35,852 bases of DNA. Origin: Candidatus Methylomirabilota bacterium (GTDB lineage: Bacteria; Methylomirabilota; Methylomirabilia; Rokubacteriales; CSP1-6). Under the pieces are notes generated by a model. It saw only the letters and a program-made list of their open reading frames with translations, was not told the DNA's origin and made no database searches. Where the stretch lies: the NCBI GenBank assembly GCA_035635755.1, contig DASQAK010000264.1, positions 1-35,852 on the forward strand, given 5' to 3'. This document shows positions 26,367 to 33,428 of the stretch, piece by piece (the stretch's first letter is position 1; the number at the start of each line of letters is the position of its first letter). The position numbers and the translations under genes were made by a program.

Positions 26367-26645
26367 TTACTTGGCTGGCGTGTAGTAAGGGTTGGTGCCG
26401 GACGCGTGGTCGGTGGAGTCCAGCACTTCCTCGATCTCCGGAAGCTCTTCCTTGATGAGGCGCTCGATGCCGGCCTTCAGCGTGACGTCAGCCGCGCCGC
26501 AGCCCTGACAGCCGCCGCCCATCTGGATGTAGACCTTGTTGTCCTTGACGTCCATCAGCTGGACGAAGCCACCATGGCCCGCCACGGCCGGATTGATGGT
26601 CGAATCGATCAGTTCCTGCACCTTGGCCGCCAGATCCTCGCTCAT
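26367..26645 (-). CDS. NifU-like / Nfu-type Fe-S cluster carrier domain protein (92 aa).
   Basis: MSEDLAAKVQELIDSTINPAVAGHGGFVQLMDV...GGGCQGCG matches the NifU C-terminal CxxC motif. GGAGGTGAGG SD. It is the 3' part of track ORF 26367..27392. Confidence 0.8.
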   Translation of the reverse strand: MSEDLAAKVQELIDSTINPAVAGHGGFVQLMDVKDNKVYIQMGGGCQGCGAADVTLKAGIERLIKEELPEIEEVLDSTDHASGTNPYYTPAK

Positions 26646-26705
26646 GTCCTCACCTCCCTGGGAGGCCCAGTCTACACCCAATCGGCTGGCAAATGCGCGC
26701 TTGCC

Positions 26706-26740
26706 TTGACAGTGGGGGCGGGTGCCCCTAGCATCGCGCG
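26706..26740 (+). promoter_or_regulatory. Sigma70-like promoter TTGACA-N17-TAGCAT upstream of the enoyl-CoA hydratase gene.
   Basis: cTTGACAgtgggggcgggtgccccTAGCATcgcg, 22 nt upstream of the GGAGG SD of the 26763 start. Confidence 0.35.
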
Positions 26741-26762
26741 AGACCCTACCGGAGGCCCGCCC

Positions 26763-27560
26763 ATGGACTACGCCGACTACCAGCACCTGCTCTTCGACCG
26801 CCGTCCGAACGGCGTCGTGCTCATCACCATCAATCGCCCCGAGGTGATGAACGCCACCAATGCGCGCCTGCACTGGGAGCTGACCCAGGTGTGGTTGACA
26901 ATCGACGCCGACCCGGCGGCGCGGGTGGCCCTCGTGACGGGGGCGGGGCGCGCCTTCTCGGCGGGCGGGGACATCTCGCTCGTGGAGGAGATGACGACGA
27001 ATCACGAGGCGGTGGCCCGCACGTTGCGCGAGGCCGCCGACCTCGTCTACAACATGATCAATCTCGACAAGCCGGTGATCTCCGCCATCAATGGGGTGGC
27101 CGTCGGCGCCGGCCTCGTGGTCGCCCTCCTCGCCGATGTCAGCATCATCTCCGAGACGGCCCGATTCACCGACGGCCACACGCGCCTCGGGGTGGCCGCG
27201 GGCGATCACGCCGCCATCATCTGGCCTCTCCTCTGCGGCATGGCCAAGGCCAAGTACTATCTCCTCACGAGCGACTTCATCGACGGCCGGGAGGCCGAAC
27301 GCATAGGGCTCGTCAGCCGCTGCGTCCCCGCGGACAAGGTCATGGAGACGGCGCTGGGCGTGGCCGAGGCGCTGGCCGGCGGAAGCCAGCACGCGATCCG
27401 GTTCACCAAGCGCGCGCTCAACAACTGGCTGCGCCAGGCCGGACCCATCTTCGACCAGTCCCTGGCCCTCGAGATGCTGTGCTTCGGCTTCGAGGATGTG
27501 AAGGAAGGCGCCCGCGCCATACGCGAGAAGCGCGCCCCGTCCTTTCCTTCGGCGCGGTGA
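26763..27560 (+). CDS. Enoyl-CoA hydratase/isomerase (crotonase) family protein.
   Basis: VALVTGAGRAFSAGGDI and INGVAVGAGLVVALLADV oxyanion-hole motifs. GGAGG SD 9 nt upstream. It is the 3' part of track ORF 26406..27560. Confidence 0.85.
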   Translation: MDYADYQHLLFDRRPNGVVLITINRPEVMNATNARLHWELTQVWLTIDADPAARVALVTGAGRAFSAGGDISLVEEMTTNHEAVARTLREAADLVYNMINLDKPVISAINGVAVGAGLVVALLADVSIISETARFTDGHTRLGVAAGDHAAIIWPLLCGMAKAKYYLLTSDFIDGREAERIGLVSRCVPADKVMETALGVAEALAGGSQHAIRFTKRALNNWLRQAGPIFDQSLALEMLCFGFEDVKEGARAIREKRAPSFPSAR

Positions 27561-29134
27561 GCTTCGCGGTCGCCCTCGCCCTCTTCCTTCTCTCGCCCGC
27601 CTGGGTGATGGCGCAAGCGCCGGACTGGGAGAGCCTGATGAGCGCGGCCCAGCGCGCCGAGGAGGGAGGACGCCTGGGCGACGCGGAGCAGCTCTATGCC
27701 GCCGCCATCGCCAAGACGCAGGGCTTCGACGAGAAGGATCGGCGCATCGAGCAGAGCCTCACCGCGCTCGGTGAGCTGTACGGCGCGCAGGGACGCTATG
27801 CCGACGCAGCGCGCTTCTACGACCGGGCCCTGACCGCGCTCGAAAAGGCGCTCCCCGCCGGCGATCCCGGGCTGGTGCAGGGATTGAATCGCCTGGGCGC
27901 CATGTGGCGGCTCCAGGGACGCGCGCTCGATGCCGAGCCGCTCCATCGGCGCGCCCTTGCCATCGCCGAGAAGACGCTCGGCGCCGACGATCCGGCCGTC
28001 GCGGTGTCCATGGCCAATCTCGCGGAGATCTACATGGCGCGAGGCCGCTTTGCCGAGGCGGAGCCGCTCTTCCGCGGCGCCCGGAGCATCTACGAAAAGG
28101 CGCTCGGCGCGGGCCATCCGGAGGTGGCGAAGTCGCTGGCGAGCCTGGGAACGCTCTACAAGGAGCAGGGGCGCTTCCGGGAGGCCGAGCCGCTCTATCT
28201 CCAGTCCATCGGCATCGTCGAGGGCGCCCTCGGCGCGAACGACGCGCAGATGGCGCTCCCGGTGGCGAGCCTGGCCGCCCTCTACGCGACGCAGGGACGT
28301 TACCGCGAGGCCGAACCGCTCTTCACGCGCGCGCTCGCCATCCAGGAGAAGACCCGCGGGCCCCATCATCCAGCGGTGTCCACCACCCTCAACGAGCTGG
28401 GGGAGCTGTATCGGACGCAGGCGCGCTGGGCCGAGGCCGAGCCGCTTTATCGCCGGTCGCTGGCCATTCGCGAGCGCGTTTTTGGCCCGGACAGCTCGAG
28501 CGTCGCGGTGGTCCTCGCCAACCTTGGTCTGCTCGACTTCGATCGAGGCCGCTACGCCGACGCGGAATCGGCCTTCAAGCGCGCGCTGGCCATCGACGAT
28601 AGGCCACCGGGGCGCGAGCATCCCGATGTGGCGACCGACCTGAGCAACCTCGGCGATGTCTACCGCGTCCAGCGCCGCTACGCCGAGGCCGAGCCACTGT
28701 ACCGGCGGGCGCTCGGCATTCGCGAGCGCACCCTCGGCTCCGATCACGCCAAGGTGGCGACGAGCCTCAACAACCTGGCCGTGCTCTACCAGTACCAGGG
28801 CCGCTTTGCCGAGGCGGAGCCGCTCTTCCGGCGCACCCTCGGCGTCCTCGAGAGGTCATTGGGGCCCGATCACCCGAACGTGGCTTTCACCCTCAACAAT
28901 CTGGCGGAGGTTTACAAGGCCCAGGGACGGTACGCCGCGGCGGTCCCCCTCTATCCGCGCGCCATCGCCATCGCGGAGAAGCGCCTGGGGCCAGATCATC
29001 CGACGCTGGCCGCGCTCCTGGACAACTACGCCGTGGTGCTGCGCGGAGCCAAGCGGGATGCTGAGGCCCTCGAGGTCGAGGAGCGGGCGCGAGACATCCG
29101 CACTCGCCACGCCCAGCAAAACCCTCGGCGCTGA
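27557..29134 (+). CDS. Secreted tetratricopeptide-repeat protein with ~11 tandem 42-aa TPR pairs (KLC-like TPR_10/12 type); start uncertain.
   Basis: Signal-like VSFAVALALFLLSPAWVMAQA, then repeated AEAEPLYRRALAIREKTLGPDHPDVA...NLA.LY..QGRY units. Candidate GTG start 27557 overlaps the upstream stop. It is the 3' part of track ORF 26891..29134. Confidence 0.75.
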   Translation: MSFAVALALFLLSPAWVMAQAPDWESLMSAAQRAEEGGRLGDAEQLYAAAIAKTQGFDEKDRRIEQSLTALGELYGAQGRYADAARFYDRALTALEKALPAGDPGLVQGLNRLGAMWRLQGRALDAEPLHRRALAIAEKTLGADDPAVAVSMANLAEIYMARGRFAEAEPLFRGARSIYEKALGAGHPEVAKSLASLGTLYKEQGRFREAEPLYLQSIGIVEGALGANDAQMALPVASLAALYATQGRYREAEPLFTRALAIQEKTRGPHHPAVSTTLNELGELYRTQARWAEAEPLYRRSLAIRERVFGPDSSSVAVVLANLGLLDFDRGRYADAESAFKRALAIDDRPPGREHPDVATDLSNLGDVYRVQRRYAEAEPLYRRALGIRERTLGSDHAKVATSLNNLAVLYQYQGRFAEAEPLFRRTLGVLERSLGPDHPNVAFTLNNLAEVYKAQGRYAAAVPLYPRAIAIAEKRLGPDHPTLAALLDNYAVVLRGAKRDAEALEVEERARDIRTRHAQQNPRR

Positions 29135-29258
29135 GGCGGCTCAAAAAGGTCCAGATGCGAGGCGTCGCCCGAAGGCCGCAGGCGAGGCGTAGTCTCTCTA
29201 CGTTGAGCCTGCGGTCGAGGGCGACAACGAAGCAGATGGGCCTTTTTCAGCCGCCTCA
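29132..29258. repeat. 127-bp inverted-repeat element between convergent genes. 21-nt arms TGAGGCGGCTCAAAAAGGTCC / GGGCCTTTTTCAGCCGCCTCA each include the TGA stop codon of the flanking gene.
   Basis: Arms at 29132-29152 and 29238-29258 (2 mismatches). The interior shares GCGAGGCGTAG and TACGTTGAGC modules with the main repeat family. Confidence 0.6.
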
Positions 29259-29624
29259 GGCTTGGCCGTGAGGACGGCGGCGCTCCGCGGGTGCGCCGGG
29301 GTCGAGTTCGACCACGAGACCGTCGCCCCAGCCGTACTTGATCTTCGAGCGGGACTGGATGTCGCGGACCAGCTCGGGCGCGCCCGCCGCGCGCAGCACA
29401 CGCGCGCGGCCGCGGAACCTCCGGCCGTCCACGCTCCAGCGCACGCGCGGCTCCTCCAGGAGGTTCTGCACCCAGTGCGCGCGCCGCCGGCGCTCTGATA
29501 CGAGATAGAAGCAGCGCCCGCGCCGCGTGAACCAGATCTCGATCTCGCGCGGCTTGCCCGTCTTCCGGCCCCGCGTCGTGAGATAGAGATATTGCGGTTC
29601 GTCGGAGGCCGCCGGCCCCGGCAT
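29256..29624 (-). CDS. DUF385 / PNPOx-like deazaflavin-dependent nitroreductase family protein.
   Basis: YLYLTTRGRKTGKPREIEIWF...HWVQNLLEEPRVRW matches the LTTTGRKSG.P...WYRNL..P family signature. The internal ATG at 29624 avoids overlap with the upstream gene. Track ORF 29256..29735. Confidence 0.65.
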   Translation of the reverse strand: MPGPAASDEPQYLYLTTRGRKTGKPREIEIWFTRRGRCFYLVSERRRRAHWVQNLLEEPRVRWSVDGRRFRGRARVLRAAGAPELVRDIQSRSKIKYGWGDGLVVELDPGAPAERRRPHGQA

Positions 29625-29631
29625 CGGCGCC

Positions 29632-30372
29632 CTAGGCCGTGATGTCGCTCGACTGGATCCGCTTGACGCCCGCCTTCTGCATCGCCGTCCAGGCCTTGGC
29701 CAGCGATCCCTCCGTGTCGATGCCGCGGCAGGCATCCTCGATTACCAGGGCCTGCAGCCCGACCTTCCGGGCGTCGAGGGCCGACCACCCTACGCAGAAG
29801 TCGGTGGCGAGGCCGACGAAGTAGAGGGTGCGGAACCCACGGTCCCGGACATAGCCCCGGAGCCCCGTGGTCGCCTTGCCATCGGCTTCGAAGAAGGCCG
29901 AGTAGGAATCCATGTGCTGGCGGTATCCCTTGCGAATGATGAGCTCGGCGTGCGGGATCCGCAGGTCCTTGTGAAAGTCTGCGCCGGGGGTGCCCTGGAC
30001 GCAGTGATCCGGCCACAGCACCTGGGTACCGTAGTCGAGCGCGACCGTCTCGAAGGGCTTCTTGCCCGCATGCGTCGAGGCGAAGGAGATGTGCCCGGGG
30101 GTGTGCCAGTCCTGCGTCAGGATCACGTGCCGGAAGCCGGCGGCGATCTTGTTCACCAGCGGGACGATCTGGTCTCCCTCCTTGACGGGCAGAGCGCCGC
30201 CGGGGATGAAGTCGTTCTGGACATCCACGATCACGAGCAGAGCCCGATCGTCCGGCTTGATCTTGCCCGCCATGCCCTGGGCGCCGGCCTCACCGGCCCG
30301 CGCCATGAGCCCGGCCGCTGCCGCCCCCGCCATCACGCCCGAGAGGAACTCGCGTCGATTCGATCTCGCCAT
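29632..30372 (-). CDS. Tat-secreted isochorismatase-family hydrolase (nicotinamidase/pyrazinamidase PncA-like).
   Basis: Tat signal MARSNRREFLSGVMAGAAAAGLMARAGEAGA. LLVIVDVQNDF motif and catalytic Cys region. AGGGGGTG SD. Track ORF 29632..30450 extends into the repeat. Confidence 0.8.
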   Translation of the reverse strand: MARSNRREFLSGVMAGAAAAGLMARAGEAGAQGMAGKIKPDDRALLVIVDVQNDFIPGGALPVKEGDQIVPLVNKIAAGFRHVILTQDWHTPGHISFASTHAGKKPFETVALDYGTQVLWPDHCVQGTPGADFHKDLRIPHAELIIRKGYRQHMDSYSAFFEADGKATTGLRGYVRDRGFRTLYFVGLATDFCVGWSALDARKVGLQALVIEDACRGIDTEGSLAKAWTAMQKAGVKRIQSSDITA

Positions 30373-30420
30373 GGGACACCCCCTGATTGGGGGCAAGTAT
30401 AGTCGCAAGCCGCGCGACCC

Positions 30421-30685
30421 GCGAGGTACTGGGCCAATTTGCTTCGCCATATCAACTCAGCTCTCGCCTCGCGGCGGGGCCGCTCAGCTCGAAGTGCCAC
30501 GTTCTCGGTCGCCCGCAACGCTCAACGTACGATCCACTCAGCCCTCGCCTCGGGCTTCGCCCTCAGCTCGAAGGGTCACGTACGCCTCGCGTTGCAGGCT
30601 CCCTCGGGCGTGGCCGTTCGAGCGGAGGGGCGGAGCCCCGAGGCGAGGGCTGAGTTAGTCTGGCTCGCAACTTGACCCAGTACCG
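30421..30685. repeat. Largest composite copy (R4) of the structured repeat family: reverse tail, two reverse units, spacers, forward unit, forward tail. Lies in the divergent promoter region.
   Basis: Reverse units at 30453-30493 and 30536-30575. Forward unit at 30616-30654. Tails at 30425-30452 and 30655-30685. Spacer modules CACGTACGCCTCGC and GCAACGCTCAACGTAC are reverse complements of those in R1/R2. Confidence 0.75.
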
Positions 30686-30778
30686 CCGACTGCGCACCAC
30701 CGGCGCGGCGGGTTCTCCTGTGCGATAATCCTCCCACGCAAACGCCCGCCGGGTCGCGGGCGGAGCCCGAGGGCCTCG

Positions 30779-31651
30779 ATGCCGAAGCTGAAGAATCCGC
30801 GCGAAACGACGTCGCCGCCTGCCCCTTCGCGGCCGGACTGGATCATCGCGGGGCTGGCGCTCGTCGGACTCGCCGTCGCCGGCTACCTGACCGCGCTCAA
30901 GCTCGGCGGCAACCAGGCCTTCCTCTGCCGCGACGGCAGCGGCTGCGACATCGTTCAGGCCAGCCGGTACTCGCTCCTGGCCGGCGTGCCCACCGCTCTC
31001 TGGGGCGCGGCCGTCTACGCCGCCATCCTCGTCCTGAGCGTGATACCGCGGACCGTGCGGCGCTGGCAGATGGCCTTCATGCTCGCCGCGGCCGCCGTCG
31101 CCTTCTCGATCTACCTCACGTACCTGTCGATCTTCGTGATCGGCGCCACCTGCCGGTACTGCCTCGCCTCGGGCGCCATCTCCGTCCTGCTCCTCGTGAC
31201 CATGCTCGTGAGGCGGCCCGTGGCCCAGGGGCGGGCTGCCCAGGCCTATACCCTGAAGCGGCTGGCCGGGCTCGGCATCACCGCGGGAGTGGCGGCCGTG
31301 CTCGTCGGCGCCTTCATCTTCGCCGCCGATTTCTCCACCCCCGCGGGCTACCAGGTCGCCCTCGCCGAGCACCTCAAGAGGAACCAGGCCATATTCTATG
31401 GCGCCTACTGGTGACCCGCGTGCAAGGAGCAAAAGGCCCGGTTCGGGTCTGCCGCCGACCGCTTGCCGTACGTGGAGTGCAATCCCCTCGGGGATCACAA
31501 GACCCTCGATGAGCGCTGCGTGAAGGCGGGCGTACGCGCCTATCCCACCTGGATGATCAACGGCCAGAAGCACGAGGGCGTGCTCACGCTCGAGCGTCTG
31601 GCCGAGCTTTCCAAGTTCCGCTACACGGCTCAAGCGGGGGCCACGCAGTGA
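30779..31651 (+). CDS. VKOR (vitamin K epoxide reductase)-thioredoxin fusion protein with in-frame TGA (31412-31414) at the first Cys position of the Trx CxxC motif; candidate selenoprotein (W-U-P-A-C).
   Basis: Track ORFs 30779..31414 (VKOR TM domain, ends ...FYGAYW*) and 31463..31651 (Trx-like ...YVECNPLG...GVRAYPTWMINGQ) are in the same frame, separated only by the TGA. Codons after the TGA read PACKEQKARFG, the conserved VKOR-Trx WCxxCxxQK context. GAGGG SD before 30779. Confidence 0.6.
31422..31466 (+). other. SECIS-like stem-loop immediately downstream of the in-frame UGA.
   Basis: Lower stem GCAAG/CUUGC. Upper stem AGGCCCG/CGGGUCU. Apical loop GUU lies 27 nt after the UGA, within the 16-37 nt window typical of bacterial SECIS. 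Confidence 0.3.
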
Positions 31652-31717
31652 CCGGGATCGACGATGCGGTGCTCAGGGTGTCTGCGAACGGCGTGAAACC
31701 AAGGAGGCCTACCTGAA

Positions 31718-32692
31718 ATGGGAAGTCGATCTCGACCCCGCCGCTCACGACGCCGCGCAGTCACCGTGAGCCGCCGCGGCAAGCGTTCCCCGCGACCGAC
31801 CGCGCGTAAGGCTGGGGCCCGCAGGAAGGCGGCCCGCGGGCCGGCCGCCTTCAAGAACCCCGGCCTCGTGGTGAGCACTGAGTGGCTGGCCTCGAATCTC
31901 GAACACCCCCGCGTGCGCGTTGTGGACGGCACCTGGCACATGCCGCAGCTGCAGCGGGACGCGCGACGGGAATTCGAAGAGGCGCATGTCCCGGGGGCCG
32001 TCTTCTTCGACATCGACGCGATCGCCGACCGCACCACGGCGCTTCCCCACATGCTCCCCACACCGGCGGAGTTCTCGCGTCACATGGGCGCCCTCGGCCT
32101 GTCGAGCAATGACTTCATCGTGGTCTACGACACCCGGGGCGTGGTCAGCGCCGCGCGCGTCTGGTGGACCTTCCGGGCCTTCGGGCACGACCGGGTGGCC
32201 GTGCTCGACGGCGGGCTCAGGAAATGGAAGGCGGAGAACCGTCCCCTCGCCACGGGCGCGGCCACGCCCGCGGCCCGTCGCTTCCGCGCCAAGATCCGGC
32301 CGGCCCTCGTGCGCGGGATCGAGCAGATGGGACGCAACATCGAGACGCGGCGTGAGCAAGTGCTGGACGCTCGCTCGCGCGGCCGCTTCTATGGCACCGA
32401 GCCCGAGCCGCGCCAGGGGCTTCGCGCGGGCCATATCCCGGGCAGCTTCAACCTCCCCTATGACATGCTGTACCGGCCGGACGGCACGCTTCTCCCTCCC
32501 GAGGGGCTCAAGGAGGCCTTTCGCGAGGCGGGACTCGATTCGCGCAAGCCGGTGGCGACCACCTGCGGGTCGGGGGTGACGGCTTCAGTCCTGGCCCTCG
32601 GCCTCCACGTGATCGGGCACAAGAAGGTCGCGGTCTATGACGGCTCGTGGACGGAGTGGGGCGGCCGCGCCGACACGCCGGTCGAGCTCTGA
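31718..32692 (+). CDS. sseA: 3-mercaptopyruvate sulfurtransferase (tandem rhodanese domains) with an Arg-rich ~50-aa N-terminal extension.
   Basis: Active-site CGSGVTA (MST-type CG[ST]GVT). Two rhodanese domains. Strong AAGGAGG SD 10 nt before ATG 31718. Confidence 0.8.
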   Translation: MGSRSRPRRSRRRAVTVSRRGKRSPRPTARKAGARRKAARGPAAFKNPGLVVSTEWLASNLEHPRVRVVDGTWHMPQLQRDARREFEEAHVPGAVFFDIDAIADRTTALPHMLPTPAEFSRHMGALGLSSNDFIVVYDTRGVVSAARVWWTFRAFGHDRVAVLDGGLRKWKAENRPLATGAATPAARRFRAKIRPALVRGIEQMGRNIETRREQVLDARSRGRFYGTEPEPRQGLRAGHIPGSFNLPYDMLYRPDGTLLPPEGLKEAFREAGLDSRKPVATTCGSGVTASVLALGLHVIGHKKVAVYDGSWTEWGGRADTPVEL

Positions 32693-32704
32693 GGGGGCGC
32701 TCTC

Positions 32705-33262
32705 ATGGAATACACGTTCAAGCAGTTCATCGAGGACCTCGAGGCGATCACGAGCGCTTCGCTGGACCATGACGTGATCACCCGCCGGGCCGCGCCGTTC
32801 CTCGCGAAGCTCTGCGCCAATCCGGAGGCGATTCCTGCCGAATATCGCACCGCGCCCGCGGGCCAGCGGGGCCGCTACATCCTCCATCGGGGCCCGCGAT
32901 TCAACGTCACCTCCGTGATCTGGAGGCCGGGTGATGAAGCGCGCTCTCACGATCACGAGACGTGGGGGCTGGTGGGCGTGGTCGAGAACGAGATCCAGGA
33001 GACGCGCTACGTGTCGAGGGGCGCGCGCTCCCTGGGAGACAAGGTGGCTCTCGAGGTCCGTGAGGTGCTCCGCCACAAGGCCGGTGCCGTGTCGCGTCTC
33101 GTGCCTCCCCACGACGAGATCCACGCCATGCACAACCCCACCACCAAGGACACGCTGGAGATCCACGTCTACGGCAAGGACCTCATGGGACTCCAGCGCC
33201 ACGTCTTCGACGCGGACGGCACCGTGAAGTCGCTCGTGAGCGGCAAGTACATGAACTGCTGA
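32705..33262 (+). CDS. Cysteine dioxygenase type I-like cupin (thiol dioxygenase).
   Basis: His-containing cupin motifs (RSHDHETWGLVGVVENE; HAMHN) with CDO-like spacing. 185 aa. Confidence 0.7.
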   Translation: MEYTFKQFIEDLEAITSASLDHDVITRRAAPFLAKLCANPEAIPAEYRTAPAGQRGRYILHRGPRFNVTSVIWRPGDEARSHDHETWGLVGVVENEIQETRYVSRGARSLGDKVALEVREVLRHKAGAVSRLVPPHDEIHAMHNPTTKDTLEIHVYGKDLMGLQRHVFDADGTVKSLVSGKYMNC

Positions 33263-33299
33263 GCATGGACATGCTTCAGGGTGCGATCGGCCACCCTCA

Positions 33300-33415
33300 C
33301 CCCGGCCCTCTCCTTGGAAGCGAGAGGGAGACTTTTGAACCCTCTCCCCAGGAGGGGGAGAGGGCCGCAGTTCGAGCTGAGCGGCAGAGCCGCGAGGCGA
33401 GAGCTGAGTTAGTGA
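33300..33415 (+). repeat. Short-variant structured repeat copy R5. Two successive GC hairpins (CCCTCTCC...GAGAGGGAG, then CCCTCTCCCC-AGGA-GGGGGAGAGGG) plus forward unit.
   Basis: The head and unit at 33333-33415 are near-identical to 26271-26350. Lies at the 3' end of the CDO gene and immediately upstream of the next gene's SD. Confidence 0.7.
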
Positions 33416-33428
33416 GGGGGAGTCCTTG

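Noticed and set aside
27257-28747. 496-aa minus-strand ORF.
   Set aside because: Antisense to the periodic TPR gene. The TPR frame shows regular 42-aa repeats, whereas the antisense product has no structure.
31412-31414. Alternative explanations for the in-frame TGA in VKOR-Trx: a frameshift, or TGA read as Trp.
   Set aside because: Both flanking ORFs are in the same frame, so no frameshift is needed. TGA is used as an ordinary stop by the surrounding genes, so an alternative genetic code is implausible. Sec recoding or a TGC-to-TGA sequencing error remain the realistic options.
30563-31633. 356-aa minus-strand ORF.
   Set aside because: Antisense to the VKOR-Trx gene. Its 5' portion is built from repeat R4.
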